Source of the DNA: Anolis carolinensis | Lineage: Eukaryota | Direction of reading: 5' to 3' | Assembly: GCF_035594765.1 (NCBI RefSeq) | Contig: NC_085843.1 | Location: 135,819,971 to 135,883,970, forward strand | Length of the DNA stretch: 64,000 nt | Shown: piece after piece, positions 48,275-62,725 of the stretch | How the letters are laid out: every line of letters begins with the position of its first letter | Numbering within the stretch: the first letter of the stretch is position 1 | The notes under the pieces: model-generated | Told to the model about the DNA's origin: nothing | What the model saw: only the letters and a program-made list of their open reading frames with translations | The model's database searches: none | Made by a program: the position numbers and the translations under genes

Positions 48275-50769
48275 ATTTACACAATTAAAAATAAAAATAA
48301 AAATAAAAAATGCAAGTGAAGCTAGAGTTCATAGTATATTAAAATGCAAGACACTATGATCCATTTTCGGACACTATTATGGGGATGAATAATTCACACA
48401 TTAAATATAATGGAGTTTCCATTTTGCCTTTTCTTGTTTCTATTTCCTGATTTCAGGTGTCTGATAGGGAAAAATACCATTTGTCCTCAGAAAATGAGAT
48501 ATTTTAATTAATTTACTGAGTTAGAGAGAGCATGATGAAATATAGTCATTCATGTTCTATAAGAGGAGAGACATCATAAAAAGAGCAGTCAGTGCTCCTA
48601 CTGAGTAAATTTCAGTACATATTTCCTTGACAGTTTTTAATGTTCCAACAGGTGCTAAACCTTTTTTAAAAAGCCATTCTTTTAATAGAAAAGGTATTTC
48701 CTTGGTTGAAATCATCAGAGAGTACCTCTTGAGAAACAATAGCCACAGGAAAAATGTTTGTTTGTTTTTTTTACAAATTGCGTATGAAAAGTCTGGGATG
48801 CAAGCTTTCACACAAAATCATTCAGAGGTTATTATGCCAAGGTTAATGTTCCATATAAGGTGTCATGAAAACTTGTTTTGGGTCACACAGAGAATGATGC
48901 ATCATCTAAACCCAATTCAAAGAAACACTAGCTATATACATTAGTTCTATATGGCTTGACTTCTGAATTTTAAACATGCTGAAGCTTCCAAAGAGTTTTC
49001 AGAGACAGTAGGCCTGTGGTGGCTCTCACCACTCCAAGGACATTCTCAGGTTACGCAGATTGAAAAACATCCAATAATACAAAACAAGAAGGAACCAAGG
49101 TTACATCCACTGGTCCTGTTTCAACTATAGCATCCAAGTCAGAGAAGATCCAAGCAATTCTAACCATGAAGTGCTGTGCAAATTGTTCACAGTGGTTTGC
49201 AGAGTGCTTCATATACTGCTCTCAAGGGGACAATCTAAAAGGCCTCATGTAGCTTCAGGTTTCAGTAGTACAACCCAGGTCACTAAGCTCATCCAAGATC
49301 ATGCCCTGGATCAATTGTGTTTTATTCCATTTACTGACCTGGCATTAAGCAAATGATCTCAGAAATTGGCTGACAGAGCAATCTACCTGCAGTGCTGCTG
49401 TAGTGGCTAAAATCGGCTGGCAAAGTTATCAAAAAATGGGTCAGTGAAGGAGCAGAATGCAGGAGAGTGGAGTTACATGAGAACCAAAGTCCTGGTGCCT
49501 TTCCAACTACAGTTCACGGTATTCCATATCATTGAGCCATAGTAGTTAAAATGGTGTCAAACTGCATTAATTCTGCAGTGTAGACATACTTTTGGCTATT
49601 GAGGAGATCTCTTTCTCCTTTGGTCCTTAAAATAATCAAGAGAGATCCTTCTGTTAGTAATGAGATATTCTGTAAGGTTGTTTGGAGCAAAGTGATTAAT
49701 ATTTTATTATCTGTACTTTTTCCTTTGAATGTTAACTTGCTTCAACATATTAAAAGTGTTCCTAATTTTGCAAGACTTCATTGTGTATTTCCAAAGATTA
49801 TATGTTTTAAAGCCAGCCAGAATCTTGATGCAACTTGCATCTAATCGACCAAAGTGTATGCCTTCATCATCATTCACCTTCTTTCTCTCCCCTCCTTTCT
49901 TGGTTTTTTGTGTACTGGCACTGCTAAAATTTCACATAACTAAAAATGTACTTACGTTTTTGTTACAATTTCTTAAAAGAAACTCTGCTTGTCATAATTT
50001 ATTTTAGTTATTTCATTAACCCAAGGTAATCAAATTATTTCTTGCCTATGATACGAGACACACGTCATCATTTGAACTGTGTGATTTCACTAACATTTAC
50101 CAAACGTACATTCCATAACAATAAATGTTAGTTTTAGAATGTAAAAACAATGATGTTATCCACTCACTAGATTGCAATGACACCATAACTTAGTTATGCT
50201 TTTCTTAGATCACAGAATATCATTTACAAGTAACTTTTTTTGACTAGTTTCCTTTAGAATGAGTGTAGCCCAAGGTTTTATGGTATTGAAGACAGTTTAC
50301 ATGTATTATTTATTATGACCAGACCTCATTTCTTTTTCTAATAATTATAATCCTGTAGGATAATAAAAATAATATTGCACAAGAATTGTTTCATCATTAA
50401 TAAAACAGGAATGTTGGCTTCCCCAAAAATAGTGTTGTAAAAATAGTTGACAATCTGACATTAAAATGTCTTGGTCTATAGTCCAGTGTACTGTACATTT
50501 CTATTCATTTAAAATAATTACATGCAATTTCTAAAACTATAAAATTGAAAAGTGAATTATTATAAACTGAAATTATTCATTAATTATGATCCATTGAAAT
50601 TGTTTATATTCTAGCATAAGCTCTTATTTTATCTTCAGCTTGCAAGGTTAGTCTTAATTACTGCACAGATTAATAGCTGTCAAGATAGTCCTACTTTCAA
50701 TGTAATATGAACATAAATTAGCCTGATGTGTAGGAAATAGATGTTATATACAGACTTTCTGAAGAATAT

Positions 50770-53320
50770 GTGAGGTTAAATGTAGAGACAGGGCACAGCA
50801 GCCCACTATGCAATGCTCTCACATCTTTATTCTTCAAGTTAACAATTCATTCTACAAAATCTGAACAGGAGTTTGCTGTGAAGAGGCCAGAAATCAGAGC
50901 AGCTCCATCCAGCTCTTCTGCTGCCTGACTGGCCTTGTGACTAGACTGCAACCCCAGGCCCATTCCATTTGCGTGTGAATCTCCAAGCTAAGTCTACAAG
51001 GCCTAGGAGAACTTGAGTCTGTGGTGCAGGAAGAGGCCAGAAAGCCTGGGAGGACCTCTTTTATTTTAATGTATGTTGTGCATTGCTTGTGGTAAAAACA
51101 GTACATTAAGTGGGTACTGGTTGCTTTGGGACTGTTACACCAGATAGTGGTGAAAGAGTCAGCTGACAAATTGAGTAGTAGTGAGAGGGCCATTCAGAAC
51201 TAACTAGTTGTCTACAAGCTGACTAATCAGCCAATGGGAAACATTGGGAAACTGTACTATACTGTACTATACATCTGCTGCAAATGCACTCATCTCACTA
51301 TGGCATACTGACCATACTTCTGCTCTAACTGCCATCAACAGACTTCACTGACTTCTAACTCAAACTGACTCAAGCCTGAAATGACTTCTAACTGACTCCA
51401 ACTGACTTCTACTTCAAACACATTCTAAAATGGAGCCTCACTCTGAACATTCTAAGACCAGGGTCACATGGTCTGTAGTCCAGCCCACAACTTCTCACAA
51501 CATAGAGTTAAGAGAAAAAATTCATATCAAATCATATACATACAACTGTATACCTAACACATAACTAATATAGAAGGCTTGTAGAAGGTTGCCATACATG
51601 CATGCAGTGAAGAAAGCTTTCTTCTCTGCACACATTGTGCCTGCAGATTCACATCCAGCGGAGCTGTTCAGAGTGGTGAGACACTTAACTCAGGTACCCC
51701 CCCCTTCTGAACCCATTATTAGAAACTTCAGTAGCTCATTGTGATACTTTTAATAACCATTTCACAGATAAAATCTCTCGCAAAAGAGTTGACATAGAAG
51801 CTGTCACTAGAGCAGAAAACGAGGTGTCTAGGAACACTGTGAGTGGATTACACTGGATCCGTTTCAATGAATGAGTACTGTTGATGTAGATAAGCTGCTG
51901 GGGAAAGTAAGGAAGACAAGTGGATTTCTTGATCCTTGTCCCTCTTGGCTGGTCATCCAGGGAGGAGATACAATTCAATCTCAAACACAGATAATTATTA
52001 ATGCATCTCTGAGGGAATTTTCCATCCCACTTAAAAGAAGCAGTAGACTGGAACCTCTGGACCTTAATAATTACAGACCAGTCTAACCTCCCTTTTTTAG
52101 GCAAGGCGATTGAGAAGTCAGTTGCCATCCAACTCCAGACAGGTAGGTTCCATATGGTGGCACTTGGGGATAGCTGCTCCTTAAAAGAAGGAGCTGTTAT
52201 GTGGTGTCCCACAAGGTGACATTCTATCTCCAATGCTTTTTAATATTTACATGAAGCTGCTATGAGAGACCAACTGTAGGCATGGGGCAGAGTGTTATCC
52301 GTGTGCTGATGACACACAAATATATTTCTCCATGCCTTCAAAATTAGCTTGGGATACCCTGTCTCCTCTGAATGAGGTAATGGGCTGGATGAGGAAAAAT
52401 GAGGTTAAACTGAATCCAGAAAAAATAGAGGTACTTGCCATTAAAGGTCCTAATCTGGGGAGGGAGGTATGTCAACCAGTCATGGATGGGGTTAGACTCA
52501 CCCTGAAGGATTGTGTTCGCAGCTTGGGAGTGCTCCTGGATCTGTCTCTCCAAATGTCAGCCCAGGTAGATGCAACGGTCAGGAGTGCTTATTGTCAGCT
52601 TTGGCTGATACACCGGTTGTGCCCCTTCCTAGATTTGAAGAATCAAAAGAAGGTAGTGCACACACTGGTAATCTCAAGGTTAGACATCTGCAATGCACTT
52701 TATATTGGGCTACCTTTGTACCAGGTTTGGAAACTCTATTTGTTTCAAAATAGGGCAGCCAGATTGGTTACATGAACATCCGTGAGTGAATATATTACAC
52801 CCATAATAAAGTCACTCCACTGGCTGCCAATTAGTTTCCGAGCAAAGTACAAAGTGTTAGTTTTGATTTTTTAAGGCCCTACATGATTTGGGTCTAGGTT
52901 ACCTACAGGATTGTCTTCTTCTATACAATCTGCCTCAAACTCTTAGGTCCTCTGGGCGGCAGCTACTCCAGCCCACCAGAACCCAACTGCCGACCATCAC
53001 TCAGAGAACCTTTTCATCAGCCACCCCACGACTGTGGAATGACCTGCTGAAAGAGCTCTGACAGCTAAATAAGCTCTCAGAATTTAAAACACATTTGAAG
53101 GCATATCTGTTCTGGCAGGCCTACCCAGCCAGTTTCAATCATGAATGTGTCTTATGTTTGATCTTTTTTTTGTGTATTTTGATATGGTATTCTGTAAAAA
53201 TGTGTTTTAATGTGTGTATTTCATTGAATGTTTTTAGATGATTATATGTTTTTAGCAATATTGTAACCCACCTCAAAGAGATGCAGATAAGAAATAAAAT
53301 AATAATGATGATTATAATTA
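50770..53320 (+). mobile_element. Degraded L2-clade LINE
   Basis: KKAFFSAHI...ELFRVV, LDPCPSWL, NNYRPVSNLPFLGK, GVPQG, CADDTQ, KLNPEK.EV, RSLGVLLD, SRLD.CNALY.GLP, LHWLPI. Short-repeat tail. Left boundary approximate. Confidence 0.88.
51074..51559 (-). mobile_element. Probable solo LTR interrupting the L2
   Basis: tgttgtgc...atacctaaca ends resemble those of 47845-48274. Flanks tgta/cata could be a CpG-decayed cgta TSD. Confidence 0.5.
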
Positions 53321-53389
53321 TGTTCACTTGCATCTGAGTGAAAGTTGCATGCTGCAGTGCTCACTATTGAGGACATTGTCATGAAATTT

Positions 53390-54000
53390 TCTTTTTAAAA
53401 ACAATTATTCATTTTTTAAAAATATACATATTTTGTTTTACAGCAGTCACATAATATTCAATACAATCTACAATACATTAACATTTTGCATTTACTGTTA
53501 TTTTCATGCTTATACATATTTTCTTACCCTCATCAGTGTTCCCCTCCCCCAAGCCACTTCTTTTATATATCATCTGTCCAAAATTTCATTTCCTCTTATA
53601 GAAGTAATTTTCCATCTTTCTTTTTGAATCCTTTTAATAAAATTTCTCCATATATCATCAAAATCACTTTGTTTTCATGTCCTTCTTTTAACTTTTAATT
53701 TGCATTTCAGCTTATCATTTATTGCCAGTTTCCATACTTCCTTATACTATTCTTCTATTTGTATATTTATTTCCCTTTTCCAGTTCTTTGCTATAAGCAG
53801 TCTCGACATTGTTAATAAATTTGTTATCACATCTTTGTCTTCTTTTTTCAACTGTTTATTTTTATATAATGATAATAACACTATACTAGATCTTATATCT
53901 ATTATATCTTCTATCTCTCTAAATCCCTCTCCCCAGAAATTATTTACATATTTACACTGCCACCACATATGTATGTATGTTCCTGATTCTTAGCATCCTC
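53390..54000 (-). mobile_element. L1 3' fragment
   Basis: MWWQCKYVNNFW...LLTMSRLLIAKNWK (ORF 53747-53968). Confidence 0.78.
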
Positions 54001-54852
54001 TCCATCAATTTTTGAGTAGTTTTCTTTATATTTGCTACTCTTATTGGTGAGATTTTCTTATATGCAAGTCTCATGAAAAGCTTCTTGCTTAATACAAGTC
54101 CAAACAGGGTGTGGATTGTAATGCTGAGTGCAGAGACTTGATCAATTCTTTGGAACATCTTCATAAGACTATTGTGAATTGCTGGTAAGTGCACCTCTTT
54201 CTCATTTCTGCATAAAATGTATTCTTGCACTCCACCTTCAACAACATTGTTTCTATACTACAGGGTTTTAAAGATATTGTCCTTGTTGCAATGACTCTTC
54301 TATTATTTGACTGAACTGGCAGATTCCTCAAATGTTCACAAACATTCTAAGTAACTGAGAATGATATTAAGTAACAATTCAAGTTGAGAAACAGTCTTCT
54401 CAAAAAGAAATTTACAGCTGTTGGGGTATAAATAAACCTTATGATGCCGCTGTATCCAAGAGAAAGATAAATAAGCTAATTGAAAAAATCCCAGGAGTTG
54501 GGGAAAAGTAAAACACAAAGGCCCAGAAATCAGTGGCAAAGTCATCAGTGGATTGAGATACAGAGGTATGAATTAAGAATAATCAAGAATCTAGTAACCC
54601 TTCAAGATTTAATTTGTTGACAAGTACTAAAATGTTATTTTTGTTTTCCATTCTTCAGATGTCATCAGGATGTAGGGGACAGAAATGAAGGCTGTATTTA
54701 TTCTAGGTTGAATATTTTTATACATTCATTGATACATTTGAGAAACTGTGTTACTTCATGTTCTTGATACAGTGTAGGCTAGGTGCAGATACACACTATA
54801 TCACATACAATTTCTCATGAAAGCATTTATAGCATTTATAGGAGAAGGTTTA

Positions 54853-55002
54853 AATTGCCTCTGCGTCTGTCTCTCTCTCTGTTCTATGTTATATGGCATT
54901 GAATGTTTGCCTTATATGTGTACAATGTGATCCGCCTTGAGTCCCCTTTGGGGTGAGAAGGGCTGAATATAAATACTGCAAATAATAAATAAATAAATAA
55001 AA
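54853..55002 (+). mobile_element. 5'-truncated L2-tailed SINE (Anolis SINE2-like)
   Basis: Terminal stem-loop gagtcccctttggggtgagaaggg and (TAAA)n tail; homologous to 218-345. Confidence 0.7.
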
Positions 55003-58000
55003 GCTTCTCGGGGACATCTTACCTGGTAAAAATATCAGGGCCAGCCAAGAAACAACACCACTTCATTCATTTTTTGGATGTGTTTTAAGGTCTGCAGAAT
55101 TTTCAAGACATATGCTACAGCAAGAAATAACATGACTTTGATGATATAAACCAGTAGGAATGTGATGGTATGAACATGACATGGGAATGCATAAATGGTT
55201 ACAAGTGATGTACAACCACAAGGACTTTTTATGAAGTTCTTATATTTGAGTTATAGTTTCCAAACATTTGAACTGGGCTAGCGAATACATGATTAAATTT
55301 AGACAATTATTCAAAGAAATAATGAAATGCTTTGGAATCAGGAGGCATTAGGGTACTTCCAGATGGAGGGATTTTATACTTTGGAACTAAACCAATCCAG
55401 CTGCGTGACACCTACAAGCCAAATTGGGACTGTGATGATTCCAAGAGCTGATCCTTTCTGTTCCAAATAAGCCAAAAGGATCAGTAAGGGGAAGGACTAT
55501 CCAAATTCATGTTTGCTTTTGCTGTTGCTGTTTCTATTCCTACTTCTTCCTCTTCCAACCTTCCAAATTCTTCCAACATTCCGAATGTTATAAAAAAGGT
55601 AGGGAACTATTTTGTTGCAAAACTTGTGTACATTTCACAGAGCTCAAAAATCATTGAAGTAGTTCCACAGCTGCCCTTCTGTTAATCAAAATCCTTTCCA
55701 CATGTGCAGATTAGTCACTTGTTTTACCATAGTACAAGAGCCTTGCATGAGGGATGGGGGAATCACGCAATGCAGATATGTGCTTCATTGTGCAAAATCC
55801 TGCACAGAATTGATAAATGCATTATACTATCTCTTATACGATAGTTCATAGAATAGCACTACTTTCAAAAATATTATTTTAGCATTTCTCTAGATCCAGC
55901 TATCAGATGTTATTTAAATATTTTTATGCCCCTAAGTCTAAATCTTTCATCTCATATCTTTGGGAATTTCTGACAAACCTTCAGGTTAAATAGACATATT
56001 TAAGAAGCCATAGTCCTCTGCTAACAACTTGGTAGTGGGTCCTTCTACACTGATCCATGAATCAGACCCGATCCTCACTGGATCCCTCAGCTGGCTTAGA
56101 CATGGGGTTCTCCACTATCCAGCAATGGCAAACACAAATTGTCATCACTAGGCAGCCATCCTACATGTTCTCAGCTGCAACATAGCATCTACCTTGTTCC
56201 TGGTGCTTGTGTTGATGTCAGGTCGTGCAATAAGGAAGGGAGCCCCTCCTTTCTCCCTCCCTTCTCCCTTGATGTTCTGATGGGAACAAGGTAGGTACTG
56301 TGCCATGGCTGAGAATTGTTAGGACATGGGGGACAAGTGGAAGGGGACTGGCATCCTGTCATCCTGTGTCCCTGGGCTGCCTGAGACCAGGAAATTTAGG
56401 ATGCAGTCAGGACAGTTACTGTTGGGAACAAACTCAACTATCCTCATAGCCCCTAAGTTAGGATAAAACTTGAATCCTGAGTCAGGATTTGAGCTTCCCT
56501 CCCCCAACTTAGGTTAATACTGGGCAAGGCTGCATTAAGGTGGCTTTGCCCTGGGGTGCCCCAGATCAGCCCTCCGTGGTGTATAGTTGATAGCAGAAAA
56601 TTTAATTATTTACAGCTTTACCAGAACCATCAAACCATCATCTCTCTGCCTGCCCTGGAATTATGTAGACATAACTTGGACAAATGAAGAATTCAGTTGA
56701 GCATTCTGTATATTTAAAAAGAATGCACCATGCAACCTTTATATACAGTTTGTATACATCACATAAATAGCCCCATTTTGGATGATGCTCAGCAGGCCTC
56801 ATTTACATTCCTCCCAAAGTGAAGGCGAAGTGTTGGAAGGTGCTTCCTCCTCCACCCCAGGGATCTACCCACACTTTCCTCCCCTTTTGCCCAAATGATG
56901 GGTGAAAGGATGACAGGGCAACACACACTGCTGCATGTTGCCACCCTTTCTCCCATCTGATTTGGATAGGGATGTTCCCCATCCCATCACCACCATATGA
57001 TGGAGGAAGGAGGGCGCACGGGGTGCCAGGAGACACCCTGAGCATCTTCCTTGTTGCCAGCAACTGCTGGAACAATGGCACAGCTCCCCATAAGCCATGT
57101 GAAGAGGTCCTAAATCTCTTTAGAAAATGCCGAATAACCATATAGTGATGCAGGCCAATGAATTACAGGTGGGCATAATTCTAAAGCCCTGAGGCTGATA
57201 ACAACACAGATGTAGTTGGCCCTGTCACAATGGATTCTGTTGCAATTGATTCAACTATCCTTTGCTTGAAAATATCCCCCCCCCCACCAAAAAAGCCCAC
57301 CAAAGATCAAAATGTAAACCTTGATTTTGCTATTTTATCCAAGAGACACTATTTTTCTATGCCATAATATACCATGGGATGTGAACATCCATAGATTTGG
57401 TATCCACAAGGGTTCCTGGAATCAAATCCAAGGACTCATTGTATACTGTTTGGAACTTTGCTTTAGTCCCACATCTGCTTTTATTTCTGATGCATTTGAA
57501 GGTAGTACAGAGAATAAGTCAGCAAGCTATATTAACAACATGAAAAGAACAAGACCTGTGAATAGTGGTGTTATTTATTTCCATTTTTAAAGTATCACAA
57601 CACTTTCTCGCATTACCAACCTTTTTGTTGAGAAGAAAACACTGCAAAAACATGGCAGGTTGGCTGGGATCCAGATAATCGTGGCCAGAAATCTCTGTAT
57701 TGGAAAAAACGCTGGACTTGTGAAGCAATGCATTTCTGATGCAGCAGACATGCTTGGATTGGGATCAGGCATGAACAGGGAGAAAAATGTAAGATCACCA
57801 GAAATAATCAGAGCAGGGAAAAGAGCAACTACACGCCTATTTCCAATTTAGTTTGCTGCAGTGGCAAACCAAACCAGCAATCACTATCCATTTGCATGGC
57901 TTATCGATTTAAATTCAAATTCCTAGCCCAAACAACTGGCCTATAAGCCTCTTTGGCTCTGGTTTCACTTGAAATGTCAACAACATCTGCCCAATGAAAG

Positions 58001-58781
58001 ATATTGAGAGACCAATGCTGGCAGTGTCCAGGTATTATGTAAAATACAGGAAATATGAAATAGTTGCAATGATGTTTTCTGTAGATTATGGATTTCAGCC
58101 TAAAAACACAAAGTGAATGGAGTATGTAGCTATACTATTGATAGAAAAAACTGGCTAGTCTCTCTGTGTGTGTCAGTGTGAACAATCTATAGCCTGTTGT
58201 TAAGATGGCAATAGTTTGGCTCCTAGATCCCACCTTTTAGCCCTTTCTGTGCTCCATCAATTTCCCAAAGCACCAACCCCACTAAAAAGTTTAAAAACTG
58301 GTGTAATTTTGGGATGTTTGCCCCATGTAGAAAGATTCAAACACATGCAAACATGCAAAAACAACCTCTCTGATTAAAAATGCATTCTTATATTAATCTA
58401 AAAATAAATATAATGGGATGATGATGATGATGATGATGATGGCAATGTAGCTTACAAAAACTCAGACAGTATACTAGACTCACAGTCCTTTTCTGAGTGT
58501 ATAATAGCTAAGTAGAGCTGTTAATAAGAAGATCTCGTGGAAGGTTCCCATAGTGCCACCATATATTCAATCTGACTTGATAATATATAAGAGCAACATT
58601 CATGAAACATTCTTTTCTAAGATCATTTACTGAAAATATGAAATTATTTGGTGCTGCAAAGATGCTGATCTTCTCTATAGCATCAGATTTTAAAACTGTA
58701 AAATTAGGCATTTGATCCATATCGCTTTAATCCATACGAATCGTAAGTCAGTATATTTTGAGCAAATCATTTGCAACTGAG

Positions 58782-58927
58782 TTTTTTTCGTGTCAGGAGC
58801 AACTTGAGAAACTGCAAGTAACTTCTGGTGTGAGAGAATTGGCTGTCTGCAAGGACGTTGTCCAGGGGACACCCAGATGTTTTGATGTTGTTTTATCATT
58901 CTTGTGGGAGGCTCCTCTCATGTCCTC
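58782..58927 (-). mobile_element. Short non-autonomous Vingi/Ingi-type element with an HDV-like ribozyme fold
   Basis: Poly(A) tail, degenerate TSD gcaactgagt / gcaatggagt, 3' stem-loop, and nested double-pseudoknot pairings at the 5' end. Confidence 0.65.
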
Positions 58928-59380
58928 GCAATGGAGTGAACAATTAAAACTTCCAGTTTATAAGTGTGATTAAGTTTCTACCTGCAGTGATTTCTATTCA
59001 ATTGGTAGAATCATTAGCATGCTTTTCAACAAGTATTTGCCAAGATGTGCATGAGTATGTTTGAAAACAACCTATTTGAAATAGGAAAACCTGAAAAAGA
59101 CTCTCCTAATTAACATTTAGCTGTGAGATTTTGATTAGGAGAGATTTTGTCACCAATAGCTCATTTCTGAAAAAAACGTGATTCTATTAATGCTAAAAGT
59201 AAGAGTGTCAAATTAATTCAGTTTGACACTACTTCAACTGACATGGCTCAAAGTTATGGAATCCTTGCAAAACTGCAACGTCCATGATTCCATAGCATTT
59301 CACCAAGGTAGTTAAAGCTATGCAAATGACATTCATTCTACTGTGCAGATCCACCTTGGTGTGACAAGGTAACTAATTAA

Positions 59381-60990
59381 TAAGCTTGTGTGATTTGTTC
59401 ATATGTTTGTTAAATTTGGATCTAATTTGGATCTAAAACACCTTTGAAGTGAGTTCCAACCCACCTGCTCACTGCCTTCCCAATATTAAGAATTTGAATC
59501 AAAAGGAGCCTTTGTTTCTTAAGTCTCTGATGCCTTCAGATGTAGCTGTGACCAACCGTCGCTGAGAGGTGAAGCCAAACATGTTGGCATGCCTCTCAGC
59601 CAATCAGGGCTGATGGAGGAGGAAGGGGTAGGAAGAAGCATCATTCTTGTAGTCTTTTTTAAATTGGATGGGTGAAATATTATGAAACATAATAGGCAAA
59701 CAGTGGTAAATATGTTCTATCACTCTAGCAAGTTTCACCCCACTAGCTTTAAAAATGAGGGAGAAAGGAGCCTCTGAATTTTCCCCATGTATAATAATTT
59801 AATGGGAAGTGAGGAAACACCACATGCCTGCACTGAACTACATTTCCCAGAATGCATTGGGCTGGAGAAGCTATCTGTGGCACGGAGAGACAGTCTAATT
59901 ATTATAATACAGTAGAGTTCCGGTTATCTGCTGAAGCAGTAACTTCCAAGCCTGATGTTTGGCAGGGAGGGAAGAGAGTTTTCCCCCCTGGCTAACACCG
60001 GGCTTAACAGCTCCATAGAAACCAAGCCCAATGCTTGGCAGGGAGGGAAGAGAGTTTTATCTCCTGGCTAACTCCGGGCTCCCCGCTGCTGCCTAGAAAA
60101 ACAGCAGTTTTTCTAGGCAGCCACGCAGTCCAGTTTAGAGAGAGAGAGACAGCATGGTGTAGTGTAGTGGTTTGACAGTTGAACTACGATTGTAGCTTGA
60201 TTCCCCACTCAGCCATGGAAACCCACTGGGTGATTTTGGGCAAGTCACACACTCTCAGCCCAGAAATCCTAATGAAACAGGAAATAACACTTTCAAACCA
60301 GGAACAGATTTCCTTATTCAAAGGCTGATAGCCATCTGTCAGGAGTGGTTTGATGGTGTGCTATGATTTCTGTTCCTGGTTTATAAATGTCATTTCCTAA
60401 TTGGTTCTGTCATGGTGAAACTTGATTACACTGCCAAAACTTTGTCTTTGCGCAAAGGACATCGTCCTATAAAAAATAGCACATTATGGTTTGTTGAGAC
60501 TCTCTCCACCAATTTAACAATGTTTCAGCCACAAAAGCAAAGTTTCTGAAGTAGAACAATGACTTTCAAAGTAAAGACAACCCAATGAAACAGAAAATAA
60601 CACTTTCAAACCAGGAACAAAATTTTGTTATTAATTTTTTTTAAGTTTTTTTAATATAAAAACTTTGAAAATTCACCAAAAATCTGAGAATAAGTCAAAC
60701 GTTCTTAGATTTGGTGAGCTAACAGTGGTACATATGTTCTACCACTGTAGCAAGTTTCATTAGGATAGCTCAAAAATGATGAAGAGAGAAGCCCCTCATT
60801 GACAGTAATGTTTTTCTTCATGCGCATGCGTGTCTGCCATTAACGAGGTACATACAAATATTCAGAAGTTTCAGAAAGTTTTGAACTTTTTGCCTTCAAA
60901 ATTCGGAAATGACTTTAGAAATGAAGCGCCAGCACCCCCTACTTTCAAACAGAGTTTAGAACCAGTTTTTTTCTGGATCGTACATGCCTA
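59381..60990 (-). mobile_element. Older composite hAT element related to 38797-40676
   Basis: The reverse complement of 60890-60990 aligns with ~38797-38890. Ends taagcttg / catgccta. Degenerate TSD ctaattaa / ccaattta. Contains MITE, tRNA-SINE and Chapaev3-like pieces. Confidence 0.75.
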
Positions 60991-61132
60991 CCAATTTAAG
61001 TAATCTGGAACTTCAATATAGAATTGTCCCAGAGGACTTATTCTAGAGATTCTTACAGAAGTGTTCAAATATGTGAATATCAAATCTGCAAAAGTTAAAC
61101 CCACAAATGTGGAGAGTTGACTATATGTAGAT

Positions 61133-61252
61133 TTTCTTTTCTTTTTTTTGTTTTTTATTTATGCTTTTATTAATACATTGAAAGTAGGGGAACAATTTGT
61201 GCAAGATAGACAAAGTATGAAAGAAGAAAGTCAGAGAAATATTCCAGGAGAA

Positions 61253-61299
<47 letters not shown>

Positions 61300-62725
61300 G
61301 AAAGAAAGAACTCACAACATCCACCAACAAAAATGACTTTTGTAGCGTCTTCCAGCTCTTCTGCTTAGCAGGTCCAATTTCCTTCGTACCTATTCCTTTT
61401 CCAGCATTGGTGATTATACTTCTGCTGGCCTTGGGTTGTTGTTTTCTCCTGTTCTATAATGTTCTAATAATAATTTTGTTTATTTTTTTTAATTCTTTAT
61501 TTTTTCTAGATATTGTTCCAATTTGCTCCAATCTGTCCTTTTTGTGTTGTTCTGTGATACTATTTGTGTCAAAATGTCCATATTTTTTTTATATCTAAAG
61601 CTCTCAAGTACCATTTTTCCAAGGCAGGAGTTTCATGAGTTTTCCATAATTGTGCTAGGCAAATCTTGGCGGCAGTTACCAAGTATACGAACAGCTTGTT
61701 CGTATTGATGTCCATCTGGAAATCTGTAATTCCTAAGAGGAAATACTCTGGTTTTAGCTCGAACTTTTTTGCAGTATTTTCTCCATCTCTTTATGGATTT
61801 CCTGCCATACTTTTTTACTTTTTTACACCCCCACCACATATGTATGAAATCTCCTTTGTGTTTCTCACATTTCCAGCATTTGCCGTTATCTTTTCCTTTG
61901 CTAAATCTACTCAATCTCTCTGGAGTAAGATACCACCTAAAGAACATTTTATACCAGTTTTCCTTCATCTCAGGAGCATATGTATATTTTTGTTTTTTCT
62001 TCCATATCTCTTCCCATTCTGTCATATTTATTGTATGTCTTACATCCCGAGCCCATTTTATCATTACCTCCTTAACATGTACTTCATCTGTCTCCCATGC
62101 TAGCAATTGCTGGTATAATAGTTTTATTAGTTTAGTTTCTGTTTTTAATATTTTGTCCCAGCATGTGTCCTTAACTTTGAATCCTATCTTTCTATCTTCT
62201 ATGAAACTTTTTTTCAGTTGCCAGTAATTCAACCATGTCATAGACGGTTCTATTCGTTGAATTTCTTTGTGCGTTTTTAGGCTTATTTCTTGATTGTCCA
62301 TTTTCAATATTTGTCTATAGGTTACCCCTCTTTCTCTTGGAATTTCTCTCATGTGCTCTGCCTCCATTGGTGAGAGTCATAGCGGTACCTTTGTATAAAA
62401 TTTATTCTAATATTTTTCCCACGTTCCTATGTATTTTCCCACATTTCCCACGTTCCATCCTTATGTAATGGTTTTTAAAATTCCTCTCCTTACTGCTTTT
62501 CCCTTTCCAGAGGTAGCTGTGCCAACCTTTTCTAAGATCGCATCCCTCCAAAGCCAGCATTTTCCTCTTTTTTAGTGTGGCTTAGTCCTTCACCCAACTT
62601 AAGGCCGCTGCATCGTAGTATAGTTGCAGGTCCGGCAGGCCTAACCCTCCTCTTCTGGTGTCGTCCTTAAGATTTTCATGTTTCTGTTAGATTGTCTAGG
62701 TTTTTCTTGTCCTTTGTTTAGATGG
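61133..62725 (-). mobile_element. 5'-truncated L1
   Basis: ORF 61633-62367 (KENWYKMFFRWYLTP...CWKC..H.G.FIHMWWGC), GGLGLPDL near 62640, (AAT)n in the 3' UTR and an A-rich tail. Confidence 0.9.

Larger units (their letters stand above)
45600..48310 (+). mobile_element. Degraded 5'-truncated L1 with three nested insertions
   Basis: RPI..LN.DYKLFA, GTRQGC, KVYADD, KYLGLWIT, GRIAVIKMIVLPK, GLVLPDLKYYY and an A-rich tail at 48284-48310. Nested L2 tail (~46680-46813), SINE and solo LTR. Confidence 0.85.

Noticed and set aside
48440-54710. Isolated acceptor-like sites (48456, 54658) and short ORFs as host exons
   Set aside because: No paired strong donors and no recognisable protein similarity; a gene model cannot be supported.
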